Positions 31,901 through 41,559 of a stretch of DNA of 64,000 bases are shown here, piece after piece. A program made the translations under genes and the position numbers. The stretch is from a virus. Under the pieces are notes generated by a model. It saw only the letters and a list, made by a program, of their open reading frames with translations. It was not told the origin of the DNA and did not search any database. The stretch is taken from positions 32,001 to 96,000 of IMG/VR virus record IMGVR_UViG_3300030110_003594. One strand, written 5' to 3'. The stretch's first letter is position 1, and every line of letters begins with the position of its first letter.

Positions 31901-33853
31901 TTGTGTTCCTACAGTTTCATGACCTTGTGCGTTAGGAGGTAAATCATATCTTCTCATGTTTCTTGCTAAACCTTTTGCTATAATAGATTTATTACCTTCT
32001 CTTGAGCCAATTAATATTTCATATCCTACTATATTTGGAATAAGATTTCCTGTTGGTCTTCCATCTTCTGGGCCGCACTCTTCATCTGTTGATGCATTAA
32101 ATCTTGGCCATGAAATATTCATAAATTTAACACCTAATACATTTATAAATTGATTTGGATTACCATCTGCATCTCCAGAACTTCTATCAAGATAATGATT
32201 ATTTGATACTGTAACATCTGAATCTCCATCAATTAATTCTGTCCATGCTGTTGATTCATCAGGAAATTTATGATGTCTTATTGGTTTACCACAAAGATCA
32301 TGGTCTGGACTACCTGTGTTTGAATTCCATCTTGTAGGATCTTGAGGGTATCTTTCTGTAGATTCCCAATATCCCATATGACCTTCTCTAACAACTATTC
32401 CTCCATCTTCTGTTCGTTCAGCATCTTCAATATCAATATTCCAACCATTATCAGCAGTGTTGTGAACTTCAAATAATCTATCACCTTCATACGGTCCTAT
32501 TTCACCATTTTGTACCCATGCTGCTGTACCTAAATCATTATTGCCAGGCCAAGGGTCTAATACATTAGGATTTGCTCCTGCACCATCTTGTATACCTGAC
32601 CAGTTATAAGGAGCTCTTCCTGGAATATGATATGATGAAGATTTTTCACCTGTATTATAAACAAACCTAATAAAGAAAGAATAAACTTCATCTCTCATAA
32701 ATGTAGGTTTATTTCCTCCTTTTGCATAGTAATCAGATGGAAATTGTGTAACAGTCCAATGTGTATGAATCTGATTAGCTAAAGGTTGATAATTAAAATC
32801 AAATTGTTCAGTTGGACCTTGCCTTACTAAATAATCATTAACAACATACATTTTATCTGTTCTTTCATATGCTGGTGTTGTTATTGGTAATGACTCAACT
32901 GGAATTGTTTTTAATTTTTGATTTATATAATCAATATTTATATGTGTTTGTTCTGTACTATAAAAACCTAATTGTTTTGCTTGCTGTTCACCTTGATTAA
33001 AACTACAAACTACCAATTGATAATATTCAAAATTTTTATCTAAATTACTTATATTAACATCTAATCCTGATAACATGTCTTCATGATCAAATAATGGTTG
33101 TACATTTGACATACCATAATAATCACCAACTACTTGATCATTTATAACATATGCAATAAATATTTGATATGATCCATTTCTTAATTGTCCACCATCTGGT
33201 GATTTAGATAATTTAATACATGGAATATCAACTAATGGTGCTAATCTTATTCTTTCACAGTCAAGACATAATGGTTGTATATCTTCATAAATTACACAAT
33301 CAGCACCTTCATCTGAAATAACTTTTCTATGCCAAGGTATATTATCTAAATTTAAAGTTCTAGATGGATTTACAGCGTCATCCCAATATATCTGCCAAGT
33401 ACAATCAAAGTTTTCTTTTGCTGCTCCTGTTATTAAATGTTGTGTATTAAAGTTTAAACAAGGTGTATATACTGGAGTTGAATTTGGAAATTGATCTGAA
33501 CATTGATAACAACTATAATCATTTACCAATGTTTCATATTTACATTCACTATCATCCCATGTACCTATTTCACTTTGTTCATTATTAGTTGAAAATAAAA
33601 CCCATTTATCTCCATATAAATGAATAGCTCCAATAATTGTAAAAGGTGCTGAAGAACATTGTTTATTTGCTGGTTCATTTCCTAATGTACCTATATCACC
33701 ATCTTTAGAATTATTAATAGCATTTCTAGCATGAGTCCATTGATCCTTTCCTACTAAACTAGCATTGGGATCAGTGGTCATCCCTTTAACAAATATATCC
33801 GTATCTATATTTGTAGTATTTTGAGGTTGTGGTGTATTCTGCTTTTCAGCCAT
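25919..33853 (-). CDS. Tail stabilization/muzzle protein with two inserted VWA domains (2644 aa)
   Basis: FVKGMTTD start, FMRDEVYSFFIRFVY, YDPxYxxWxSFHDWHP and position right after the tail tubular gene are typical of crAss-like Tstab/muzzle. MIDAS motifs DASNS and DKSGS. Confidence 0.8.
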   Translation of the reverse strand: MAEKQNTPQPQNTTNIDTDIFVKGMTTDPNASLVGKDQWTHARNAINNSKDGDIGTLGNEPANKQCSSAPFTIIGAIHLYGDKWVLFSTNNEQSEIGTWDDSECKYETLVNDYSCYQCSDQFPNSTPVYTPCLNFNTQHLITGAAKENFDCTWQIYWDDAVNPSRTLNLDNIPWHRKVISDEGADCVIYEDIQPLCLDCERIRLAPLVDIPCIKLSKSPDGGQLRNGSYQIFIAYVINDQVVGDYYGMSNVQPLFDHEDMLSGLDVNISNLDKNFEYYQLVVCSFNQGEQQAKQLGFYSTEQTHINIDYINQKLKTIPVESLPITTPAYERTDKMYVVNDYLVRQGPTEQFDFNYQPLANQIHTHWTVTQFPSDYYAKGGNKPTFMRDEVYSFFIRFVYNTGEKSSSYHIPGRAPYNWSGIQDGAGANPNVLDPWPGNNDLGTAAWVQNGEIGPYEGDRLFEVHNTADNGWNIDIEDAERTEDGGIVVREGHMGYWESTERYPQDPTRWNSNTGSPDHDLCGKPIRHHKFPDESTAWTELIDGDSDVTVSNNHYLDRSSGDADGNPNQFINVLGVKFMNISWPRFNASTDEECGPEDGRPTGNLIPNIVGYEILIGSREGNKSIIAKGLARNMRRYDLPPNAQGHETVGTQGFIPNYPFNDCNSDPYLSGSNTFSYVANGNRQADTPYSAGYTATNLFTFHSPETSFNKPFLSPYELKTYGMVTGTSLGRFKPSEKHPQNKLLRNVCMWIAIFVGAGYAIGEMRGKRNTKMDGARSLSIGREGGPYSLDTHLGGITGAVTYLEGSVIFATAAEYIYTLVTANEVIQIPEPTLTGMAPGFGAVTAAAAANAGLMLTGNLATLAGMNANESVLSASTVVGAPKMAQRFFYEPLFATEENAAAAATAGHVGPNTSVEFEGARFEALPSLAQLVFGLYQFMSFTAEGGQVVIDMIYNLVSMQDYAWKYSGHGLYWATQQRDGWSPFRQLVNKARYVGSSMQNLTANVRVNNLQRPKTVCINTITTGEADFPAPVGEMDNSKFIIGNFSGWWNPGQYRQANIAAHYTALKVAFKNQYGQLDQIKQVPSGCISYFEDQRRYNSSGEIIPWTYEIITDPLTGSEINNANRFTTPTIYGGDCYLNRYSEKVIMPFFWDFLKGQPDMFAYDYKLRSNVPRPIYWMDTKKFELSEMVRQITNLSFLTGSTPGGLAGAMPSGLYFLDRPGGDLADDDGGSSSGSSSSEDEDATASGPVNTAAPNQVAPNMPTGSSSIFHIKNGYMYTHCNGVNEFFVESTINVALRDWEDVDEKRHYDWLEYTDVEALFDADIIRKDNFYKYDSSLSKGRFFSQLISFGFIQPKDYDPLVSEKCYRHYPKRLIYSLQAQLEAKKDFWRVFLPLNYKDFKNRVNVIKPVSKSGAMILFPNLAPAMWQGVDQLQTDLGTKLTIGDGGLFSQPMQNVVNTDISYEYGSCESARSVINTPSGLFYISQAQGKVFKYNGQSLENIANKGMKQWFNKYLPSFLLNQYPGMEGCNNWVDNPVAGIGCQSVYDPNYDLIYFSKKDYNCILPECIDFVPCEGFVYNNTACNNVPATPCCPDGFTYNPGNPVGEECEKINLYPAIEDQEGGQVDIVFVVDASNSVDSNNNIGNMQNFIKVMIDQLATQIGSGNIRIGLTHFGGGRCSDIPMSDHGQTSADCNNPGNCPDCSSPDTFMNWGEQQELTSDMTLINQWVGTPGITFDWNGANTGYQPDVTSTYGIAADRGVSTSTGLGQGDDNPYGTDILGGVWNGQNLLYGTGSRSVPKVLISLFDGGQVAEGSISILQANGGPGISYVSSSYSEAGITGTDIYKGMSVSPLTPDVVWPGDPTTTTTWSVGDYECTWFNTNVLNNPDYMNAPYAQKSYSVVVDPGGNAPTNLHLNYGEEFANSGNAYGGAFADVADIIAVATEIIDDVTPPPTYSCADPTCDLITNSAGQYMCECREYAPVEMLDNTTPVSLQDETYFEDVSWTISYDPKYEAWMSFHDWHPELMIPSLNHFFTTNSYEDLEAEPNCPPGFTWNPSTQTCCQVFQGSYEADVIVDEVPVEFYIEQLDCQLDIVLAIDKSGSTEDFLHHFRSFVDDFVLAFKTDMDSGDVQIGLASWDSCGDYYNHTPSPDGSGGVLEGEVNMSNYTVSTTWGSDYIPGDGGTTGFFCAFDDAQQQLSGVLNSTLGDRTDHSAYKRICIIMADGGDNGGGAHASQYYQSLQGAMPSSFPNNDASGNPNNPGFNVGYANAAETAGLATISSESWGLYCHPTGTANQADFDIVTAGDTNYQNLSLTPATVTDFATTLANNLCTLPPVCSCPAGYERITQLTDGTAPPHQVLGLNESCVVEGKNGVCRKMECECDPTQLPFPSIPVTTTGICPSDIMNGIAKWYNTTTGVGDPLWVNSNPKMCHYDYECCLDGTFTKGGIWKHNDRCDLYANYYGENYPWEIEWVEAVGQTVNTIRSVEYQLESYIYRGNLDDNCGDRFHDLDWNFDHAIIHNTEQVSGELALTLDPKNNVPLITQFPFITGNEIRILYSKVEQKYRFNQFWDITRDRGEFDPNWNLPIFITQLNGYIKDLNQANLDYNKPELQRKKFRHYWNKVILRKNISADRKMILKLANTKINASFR

Positions 33854-33866
33854 GGTAAATTATTTT

Positions 33867-34775
33867 TTAACCTCCCAATGTAGGATGGCTTTTAAACATA
33901 TTATAGTAATTATGATATTGGGCTCTCCTATTTACTTCCCACATTTTTCTCATTTCTTCAAAGTCAGGTGTATTAACAAAACCAAGAGCATTATTTCTTG
34001 CTGCTCTCAATTTACCTTGAATGAATGATAATTGGTTAGATACGTTTTCACCAGAAAATATCATGTTTTCTAAAATTCTTTCTTTTAATGCATATTCATA
34101 ATATTCATTGCAATATGGATGATCTAAAACTAAAAGATTACCCTCATTATCTTCCATAGCACCTTGATAACTTATATAAACATTTCCTGTTTTAAAATTT
34201 GTTATTAAATAATTATCTCTAATTTCAGCAATATTCATTGATTGAATATTAACATTAGGACAATCACATAATACTTTATTTGAATTACTTATTCTTAAAG
34301 GCATATAATTTGAATAAGTTCTATATTGTTCAGCTCCTACAAATTGAACTACCATATATTCATCATATGTTGTTGTTCCATCTTTTGTTGTAGGACATGT
34401 TTGAACAACACAAACATCTTTACATGAATCTGGTGTAAGACATTGATTAGGACCATCTGGATCTGGAACATATTTTGTATATGTAGTATCTACAGTTGTA
34501 CCTGCAGGAGGAGTATTACTAACAGTATATGATCCACAGCAAAAAGCATAATTTAATGTATAAAAATCTTCTGGTAATTGACCTTTACTATGTTCAATAT
34601 CTATGACAGTTTCTTTTGTTCTATTTATTCTAAGACCTAAATCATAGTTTACTCTTGTAGCAACCTTAATTAATTGTTGAGGTTCAATCATACCTTCTAA
34701 TGCTTGAGTTGAAAAATCAACTGATACATCTTCAAGTAATTGATTAAATGTTCTATATTTATGTGATACTGCCAT
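33867..34775 (-). CDS. Tail tubular/ring protein
   Basis: Directly precedes the muzzle. LITNFKTGNVYISYQG...DNEGNLLV motif resembles crAss-like Ttub. Confidence 0.7.
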   Translation of the reverse strand: MAVSHKYRTFNQLLEDVSVDFSTQALEGMIEPQQLIKVATRVNYDLGLRINRTKETVIDIEHSKGQLPEDFYTLNYAFCCGSYTVSNTPPAGTTVDTTYTKYVPDPDGPNQCLTPDSCKDVCVVQTCPTTKDGTTTYDEYMVVQFVGAEQYRTYSNYMPLRISNSNKVLCDCPNVNIQSMNIAEIRDNYLITNFKTGNVYISYQGAMEDNEGNLLVLDHPYCNEYYEYALKERILENMIFSGENVSNQLSFIQGKLRAARNNALGFVNTPDFEEMRKMWEVNRRAQYHNYYNMFKSHPTLGG

Positions 34776-35446
34776 TATCTATTAATATTTATTTTATTAT
34801 CTGAATCTTCTGCAGGAACTTTCATTGTATTTAGCAATTGATTCATAACTTGTGTTTCTATTTCAGCAAATAAAAATTCTGGAATATACATATTTTGTAA
34901 ATATCTTGGAGTACAGTCATCATCAGGATCACAATTCCATTTAGATATATCACCTTCAAAAATACCTTCTATTTTTATAGCATCCCACTCTACGTTTGGA
35001 ACATATATATAATCATTTAACCACCAAAAATATTTTGTTTTATTGTATTTAAATGATGTTGTTTTTGTCATAGAAGCATAAGTTCCAGGATTAGTTGGTT
35101 GCATTTCAATTGAACCATCTATTGAACTTACAGTACGTATAAGTGGTCCCCAATATCCTTCCATAAACATTGGAAGTTTTTCTTTAGTTCTTTTTATTGT
35201 ACATCCACTTTGTATTCCACTACATTTTGCTTCAACCTTATCTACTTCAATTAATTCAACAAAAGGTAGTGATTGCCATACACTATTAAACTTCATTAAT
35301 TTATTGGCATTATCTTGTCTTCTCATTAATAATTGCCCGTATTTTAATATAAGACTATATAGATACCTGTCTGTTACAAATGAGTCTTGTACTTCAGCTT
35401 TTATTGATTCTCTAACTCTAGAGACTACTTGACCTATTGTTGTCAT
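34775..35446 (-). CDS. Tail ring/adaptor protein
   Basis: Size, position and motifs (VTDRYLYSLI; YFWWLNDYIYV...IKIEGIFE) resemble crAss-like ring proteins. Confidence 0.55.
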   Translation of the reverse strand: MTTIGQVVSRVRESIKAEVQDSFVTDRYLYSLILKYGQLLMRRQDNANKLMKFNSVWQSLPFVELIEVDKVEAKCSGIQSGCTIKRTKEKLPMFMEGYWGPLIRTVSSIDGSIEMQPTNPGTYASMTKTTSFKYNKTKYFWWLNDYIYVPNVEWDAIKIEGIFEGDISKWNCDPDDDCTPRYLQNMYIPEFLFAEIETQVMNQLLNTMKVPAEDSDNKININR

Positions 35447-35451
35447 AATTA

Positions 35452-35973
35452 TTATTTATTTTTCTTATACATATCAGCTACCCTCTTTTTATTTTCCATT
35501 CTAATATACTTAGTCCACTTTTTAGGGTAAGACTTAGCAACAGCTCTTTTAAACTGTCTAACAGCTTTAAATTGCCAAAGCTCTCTATTTTTAAAACGGT
35601 ATTTAGTAGAATAATTTGTATAAAATATTTTAGCTACTTTACCATCAGTTTCCCAGTTTTTATTCTGTAAAACTTTACCATATTTTTTAGATAGTGCATA
35701 ATCCGTATTTACACTTTTTGCAGCTGGACATGTCCCTATAAAAATGTATCCCAAAGAATCAGGGAGTTCTACACCATCTCTATTTTCTATAACTTCTTTC
35801 CATATCTTCTCATTAAATAGGTTAATAACTTTTTTAAATTTATCATTATCTATTTGAGAGTATATAGGATTCTTTTCTTTAAATTCATTAATTAAATCCG
35901 CGTTTAAAAGCCCTAATACTTTTTCTCTGTATCTTGGAGCATTCAAATTAGGTTTTTTAAAATTGTTTATCAT
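35452..35973 (-). CDS. IHF/HU-like DNA-binding protein of the tail module
   Basis: GVELPDSLGYIFI and FKAVRQFKRAVAK, in the position of the crAss-like IHF gene before the ring/Ttub genes. Start moved to ATG 35973 because the upstream GTG lies inside a promoter-like motif. Confidence 0.6.
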   Translation of the reverse strand: MINNFKKPNLNAPRYREKVLGLLNADLINEFKEKNPIYSQIDNDKFKKVINLFNEKIWKEVIENRDGVELPDSLGYIFIGTCPAAKSVNTDYALSKKYGKVLQNKNWETDGKVAKIFYTNYSTKYRFKNRELWQFKAVRQFKRAVAKSYPKKWTKYIRMENKKRVADMYKKNK

Positions 35974-35983
35974 ATTATTACCA

Positions 35984-36001
35984 TACACTATAATTTACAA
36001 A
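35984..36001 (-). promoter_or_regulatory. Putative late promoter motif (17/18 match to the 41507/44273 motif)
   Basis: TACACTATAATTTACAAA on the plus strand, upstream of the IHF-like gene. Confidence 0.5.
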
Positions 36002-36022
36002 AAAAAGGTGATTTATTCAAGT

Positions 36023-37204
36023 TTATTCAGGGGAATATGTCAGTTCACATATCTCACCCTTATTAGGAGTATGTAAAGATAAAACTCCTGATCTTCTTGA
36101 TCCTACAAATTTATTATGATAATGCCAATAATCTGTTCTTGATAAACTAGGTAATATCTTTAACATAAATCCTGTATTTTCCTCTGCTGTTTTGTATTCT
36201 ATTTTTTTCTTATGATGTAGGTGTCCTGTATATAATGTTCTATATAAAGTATTACCCCATTCTTTTGGATACTCCATAGAATACAACATTAATGAATTTT
36301 TTGTATTAACATCACCATGTTCAAAAGCAAAGAAGTTATCTCCATATACAAAAACTTTTCTTTCAAGATAAACTATATCCCATATTATATTATCATCTTT
36401 AAAGCATTTTGATAGAGCATGTGCTAAATGAAATGATGATAATCTATCATGATTACCTGGAATATATACTATTTGTAATTCATCACAAAACTGCTTAAGC
36501 CAATTTATACTCCACTGTATTGCATCAAAAGCTTGCATATAAGCATCTGTAGCTGTCATACAGTTATCTAAAGGTGTTCCACTAGTGGTAGTACCACTCC
36601 ATGTATCCATGTTGATTAGATCACCTCCTATAACGTAATATAATTTTTCTAGATGATGTGATCTAGTAGCTCTATCAGCAAGATCTATTATTGTTTCTTC
36701 AAAGCATTTATCAATAGTTTCATTACCTTCCTTACCAAAATGAATATCTTGTAATGATAAAACTCCAGCTGTTTTTATTTTACCTGGAGTTTTTATTCTT
36801 TTAACTAAGTTATGTTTTTTAGGTTTAAAGTCTTTTAATAATTCAACTACATTATCAACTTCATTATCTTTTAACTTTGTAACCATTGCAGATACTCTCC
36901 AATGATCACCCATTTGTTTATTCCAATAACTAGATAATTTCCATTGTGTAGTATCAATATTTAATACCTTAATAATTTCTTCAGGAGATTTAGGTTCAGA
37001 AGAACTGATTACTTCCATCTTTGCTTCTCCTTTTTCTAAATTATACTCATATGATGTAGAATTAGATTCAATAAGTTCTTGTGATTTGACATATTCTTTT
37101 AATTTATCATAGTCTTCTACTGTGATATTTAGTTTCTCTGCACAGTATTCAGAGGTTTTTTTCCATTTAAATGATGTTTTGATTTTTTCTAGTAATGATT
37201 CCAT
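36023..37204 (-). CDS. Calcineurin-like metallophosphoesterase (possible nuclease)
   Basis: All motifs present: DIH, GGD, GNHD, EHG, GHLH. Confidence 0.85.
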   Translation of the reverse strand: MESLLEKIKTSFKWKKTSEYCAEKLNITVEDYDKLKEYVKSQELIESNSTSYEYNLEKGEAKMEVISSSEPKSPEEIIKVLNIDTTQWKLSSYWNKQMGDHWRVSAMVTKLKDNEVDNVVELLKDFKPKKHNLVKRIKTPGKIKTAGVLSLQDIHFGKEGNETIDKCFEETIIDLADRATRSHHLEKLYYVIGGDLINMDTWSGTTTSGTPLDNCMTATDAYMQAFDAIQWSINWLKQFCDELQIVYIPGNHDRLSSFHLAHALSKCFKDDNIIWDIVYLERKVFVYGDNFFAFEHGDVNTKNSLMLYSMEYPKEWGNTLYRTLYTGHLHHKKKIEYKTAEENTGFMLKILPSLSRTDYWHYHNKFVGSRRSGVLSLHTPNKGEICELTYSPE

Positions 37205-37252
37205 AAATATATTTTAATTAAAATTGGTGGCAATATACAAAAAAATATTGTA

Positions 37253-37287
37253 TAAAAAACAGAAGCCCCAGATTTCTCTGAGGCTTC
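37253..37287 (-). terminator. Rho-independent terminator
   Basis: 11-bp stem (one G-U) with a GAAA tetraloop followed by UGUUUUUU on the minus strand. Confidence 0.75.
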
Positions 37288-37330
37288 AAACAATTGCAGA
37301 GTTAAAACCAACAAACTGTCTCCACTTTTG

Positions 37331-37879
37331 TTATGCTATTGTACTTAAAAACAACTCTACTGAGTCACATGTTGCAGTACTTGTAGTTGCTGCAACTTTA
37401 AATTTATATGCTGTACTTGGATTTAATCCTGTTAATTCATATTCTGAAATACCTCCACCTAATGGTGAAGATGTTGCTAATATATAAGCTCCTGCTGCTG
37501 TTCCATAGTACACATTTATTGAAGTTGTACCTGTAGGTACACCAGACCACATTAATTTAACTGTAGTATTAGTAACTGTATCTGCCCATATATGTGCAAT
37601 ATTACTATTCCAACATGCAGGATCTTTTACAAACAAGGCCATTTTTTGTAGTATGAAATCTAATCTTTCTCCTTTATTTACACAGAAAGTTTGACCATTT
37701 GTATTTGTTACACAAAAATTATCTTGACAATATGATACACATTCTGCACATTGTAAATCTTCACATAACTCTGTTGTTGCCTTTCTATCACAATTATTAT
37801 ATGAACAAGGTGTAGTCATTGCATGATCTCTACAAGCACATGGTGATGATTTAGTATTTCCACATATATTACAAGCCAT
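37331..37879 (-). CDS. Cys-rich protein with C-terminal fibronectin type III domain (tail-associated)
   Basis: TVTNTTVKLMW...YELTGLNPSTAYKFKVAA matches the FN3 signature. Cys-rich N-terminus. Confidence 0.7.
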   Translation of the reverse strand: MACNICGNTKSSPCACRDHAMTTPCSYNNCDRKATTELCEDLQCAECVSYCQDNFCVTNTNGQTFCVNKGERLDFILQKMALFVKDPACWNSNIAHIWADTVTNTTVKLMWSGVPTGTTSINVYYGTAAGAYILATSSPLGGGISEYELTGLNPSTAYKFKVAATTSTATCDSVELFLSTIA

Positions 37880-37898
37880 TTTTTTTATTTTTTAATTA

Positions 37899-40800
37899 TT
37901 AGGTACATGTTCCTATATTTTTCCAATGAGGTCCTGATGATCCTGCATCATATTGTGCATAATATTTACCTGTTGTTCCATCATGAATAGCATACCATTG
38001 ATTATTAATTAATTCATTCTTTCCTTTAATGTTTTGTGCAGCTGCAGATCTAGTTGAATATGCTCTAGAATTTAATATAGTTGCAGGGAAAGGTGTTCCT
38101 GGTGGAGTATCTCCTTCAGCTGATGTATATATTGGAGCATGTGTAACTGAACCAGCTGCTGTACAAGCACTTGGTCCATCTACTGCACTATTTCCAAATC
38201 CAACAGCTCCTGCTCCTATTTGACCATATCCTTTAGCAGTAGGTTCATTTACATTACCTGTTGGTAACATATTGAACATTCCTCTAAAATATGTTGTTAT
38301 ATCAGAATTGATAGAATTATCTAATTCTACACCAGATTCTATATAAGCATGTACTGATGTGCTAGTGTTTGTTGTATCTTTTAAACCTGCTACACTAGTA
38401 TGATATGGAATATCTGGACCTGCAACTGCAGCATCTAAGTAGCCAGCAAAATTTAGTCCTGTTACTCCATTCCATTTATATTTTCTTAATCCAGCTTTTA
38501 TACCCATATATTCTTGAGGTGTTAATAATGTTTGACCCTGAACGGCTGCAAACATTTGTAATGCTGCATTAGCTGTAACAGCTGCTTCATCTCCAACAAT
38601 ATTTACAATAACTTGGTCATATGTAAATGGTTTATGAGTAGCTGTCCAAGGTGAACTAGCTAATCCTTGGAAAAGACCTGCCCATGCAGATGCAGAAGTT
38701 CCGTCATTTATATCTGCAATTGCATCCCAATCTTCTTCATATTTATAAGGTATAGAACCACCTGAAGTTGTAGGCCCAAAATTTGTCCAAGATGGACTTG
38801 TTGGTACTGTTGCTAAATCAGTATATGTACCACGTGTACCAACTGATGTAACACCGTTTACAAATGATATAATTTTAATATCCGTTGGATATTCTGCTGT
38901 TGCTCCTGACCAATAAGCTGGAAGTGTTCCTCCACTATTCATTACATTTGTCCACCATCCTCCTACTGTAGGCCAAGTTATAGATTTGTTAGTACCATCA
39001 AATGAATCAAAAGTACCAATATTTTCAACACATGCTTTTACATGTTTTAAATAATCTCCTGATCTATTTCCATTTACAGCAACATAATAAAAATTAGGTT
39101 TAGTACTACCTACAAATGTATTTCTAATATTATTAAATGAAGCTTTAATTTTAATTGCATTAGCTTCATTTATACTTTGTGTATCAAAGAATACTATAAC
39201 ATCACTACTTGTATATCTTATTGGTTTTGCTGGTAATATTGAAACAGCTCTTGATAATACTACAGTACCACAATCATTAGTTAATGAAACAGTAAATGAA
39301 TCAGCTACCATGTTTGTATTATCTTGTATATAATTATATCTTACTTGAGAAGTTGATGTTGCTAAATTTGTTAAAGAACCATGATCTGGTTGTTTAGTAA
39401 TAGTCCAAGAATATGTACCAGTTCCAGAAGTATATCCTACAGCATCTACTGTTACTTCAGTATTTCCTCCTTTATTACAATAATAAACTGGTTGAGGTGT
39501 ATCTAAATATAAACCTGAACAATTACATGCAAATACAACTTTATCTATTGTTTTTGTATTTGTATTAACAGCAGCATATACATATAATAAATTTCCTATA
39601 GGATCTAATAGTGTTCCAAAATATTTGAATCCGCTATCATTATTATTTCTATTAATAGATGTAGGTGACAATGGTGAACCAGTCATACCTGTAACAACAA
39701 GAGGTGCTGTTGCTAGTTCACTATCTATAAATGATCCATTATGTGACCATCCTGATATATCTGTAACTGATGTATCTTGAATTACAATTGGTTCATTTGT
39801 AGTATCAAAACCAACAGTCCATTTTGTTTGAGTTACTCCATCATTATAAAAAGCTAAATCCATTGTATTAGCTCCTGCTTTTAAGAATGTACTTGGAGTA
39901 GCTGTTAAATGCCAAGTTGCATCTGATGATACTCTTGCTTTAGTTGTGCATGTTGGAGCTAATGTTGATACTACTTGAATTGCACATTGAGTTGGTGTTG
40001 AAGATCCTTTTCTTAATACTTCTACAAAAACTTGATATTGTGATGCTCCTGATAAATTTGAAAATGTACCACTTATTCCAGAACTAAATGCTGTATATGA
40101 ACGTGAATCTAGTAATTTACCTGTAGACGTTCTAAGTACTGCTGTTATTGTATGACCTGAATTTGCAGGAATTCTTATATTACTAACAGAAAATGGAATT
40201 GAATCACTTGTAACAGCTCCTATAGTTATATCAGGACATACTAATTCATTATCTATAGTAAAGTTTTGTACCTCTTGGCACATGTTATCTGCATTAGAAC
40301 TACAAAATTCTACTTTTACTGAGTAATTGCTTCCTAAATCTAAATTACCCATATTACCTGCACCTATTGTATATGCAGTATTATTTTGATAATTTCCAGA
40401 TACATCTACATATTTTACTAATGAATTTAATGATGCATCTGTTATAGTTACTTTTGTTCCTTGTGGATTACAATCAGAATATGAAGTAGGTATATTTGTT
40501 CCTTGAAAATCTAAAGCAACAGCTGAGAAAGCACCTTCTGATGTTCTTGTGATAGATCCATTAACAGAATATGTAATATCACCACATAGAGGATTTGCTA
40601 CTGTTTCTTTTATACTTTGTACAGCATTTCTTGTATCATTCAGTGTTACCCATAAATTTTGTACTGATTGTGCTAAGTTTACTGGGTTACCTATAAATTG
40701 AGGTATTGCACTCATTGTTCCACTACCACTTAATTTATCTCTACCTCCTAATGCTGGTGCAACATTTAAAGCTGTATTTATTGCAGCTGGTGTTCCTGTT

Positions 40801-41471
40801 GCTCTTTCTAATTCACCTAAAGTTTGTTCTGTAGCAACTACCACTGATTCTAATCCCATTGGTACACCAGGTGTTCCAACATATGAAGGTATAACCATTG
40901 AATGAGGATTTTCACCACCTCCAGGTGATGTTCCATGTTCATGACAACAATGATTTTCAATATGTGTTATTCTACCTTCGTGATTTGCTACTATTGTATT
41001 AATACTACTTATTGCACTTATATTATCACAAATTTTATTTGCAAGAAGTTGTGCATATCCAAAATTTGAATTTGCATCATATAATGGTAATTCTGTAACT
41101 AATCTACCTGTACCTTCTTCTGTATATTTTAAACATGGAGGTAATGGTATAACACATGAACAAGGATCTGTTGTTTGTCCTGAGTTTTCACAACATCTAC
41201 AAAGCTTATCAACTATGTTTGTTATTAAAGTTTGTACATCATTAGCTTGTCCATATTCACTAATTAAACATCCTTGATTAATTGTAGCTATGTCTACCCC
41301 TGGTGATACACTTGTTGTATTAAGTATTTCATCACATAACTTAGCTATTATAGTACTTATAGTATCTCCTGTGCATACATCAACACATGGCAAATCAGGA
41401 CCTTGCCAAACAACGCAATTTGAAGATGTTTCATCACATCCGTTAGTATTATTTGATTTATTTGGTATCAT
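37899..41471 (-). CDS. Tail fibre/spike-like protein (Cys-rich N-terminus, FN3/Ig-like, degenerate VWA-like)
   Basis: Cys-rich N-terminus, coiled segment, FSNLSGASQYQV (FN3-like), QPDHGSL...DSFTVSL (Ig/cadherin-like) and VIVFFDTQS. Confidence 0.55.
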   Translation of the reverse strand: MIPNKSNNTNGCDETSSNCVVWQGPDLPCVDVCTGDTISTIIAKLCDEILNTTSVSPGVDIATINQGCLISEYGQANDVQTLITNIVDKLCRCCENSGQTTDPCSCVIPLPPCLKYTEEGTGRLVTELPLYDANSNFGYAQLLANKICDNISAISSINTIVANHEGRITHIENHCCHEHGTSPGGGENPHSMVIPSYVGTPGVPMGLESVVVATEQTLGELERATGTPAAINTALNVAPALGGRDKLSGSGTMSAIPQFIGNPVNLAQSVQNLWVTLNDTRNAVQSIKETVANPLCGDITYSVNGSITRTSEGAFSAVALDFQGTNIPTSYSDCNPQGTKVTITDASLNSLVKYVDVSGNYQNNTAYTIGAGNMGNLDLGSNYSVKVEFCSSNADNMCQEVQNFTIDNELVCPDITIGAVTSDSIPFSVSNIRIPANSGHTITAVLRTSTGKLLDSRSYTAFSSGISGTFSNLSGASQYQVFVEVLRKGSSTPTQCAIQVVSTLAPTCTTKARVSSDATWHLTATPSTFLKAGANTMDLAFYNDGVTQTKWTVGFDTTNEPIVIQDTSVTDISGWSHNGSFIDSELATAPLVVTGMTGSPLSPTSINRNNNDSGFKYFGTLLDPIGNLLYVYAAVNTNTKTIDKVVFACNCSGLYLDTPQPVYYCNKGGNTEVTVDAVGYTSGTGTYSWTITKQPDHGSLTNLATSTSQVRYNYIQDNTNMVADSFTVSLTNDCGTVVLSRAVSILPAKPIRYTSSDVIVFFDTQSINEANAIKIKASFNNIRNTFVGSTKPNFYYVAVNGNRSGDYLKHVKACVENIGTFDSFDGTNKSITWPTVGGWWTNVMNSGGTLPAYWSGATAEYPTDIKIISFVNGVTSVGTRGTYTDLATVPTSPSWTNFGPTTSGGSIPYKYEEDWDAIADINDGTSASAWAGLFQGLASSPWTATHKPFTYDQVIVNIVGDEAAVTANAALQMFAAVQGQTLLTPQEYMGIKAGLRKYKWNGVTGLNFAGYLDAAVAGPDIPYHTSVAGLKDTTNTSTSVHAYIESGVELDNSINSDITTYFRGMFNMLPTGNVNEPTAKGYGQIGAGAVGFGNSAVDGPSACTAAGSVTHAPIYTSAEGDTPPGTPFPATILNSRAYSTRSAAAQNIKGKNELINNQWYAIHDGTTGKYYAQYDAGSSGPHWKNIGTCT

Positions 41472-41506
41472 AAATATTCTTTTTACAGCTGTAAATTACT
41501 AATGTA

Positions 41507-41524
41507 TACACTATAATATACAAA
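41507..41524 (-). promoter_or_regulatory. Putative late promoter motif TTTGTATATTATAGTGTA
   Basis: Intergenic 18-mer identical to 44273-44290. Confidence 0.6.
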
Positions 41525-41559
41525 TTTATTAATAAACAACCAAGTGTTTAACTTTACTA

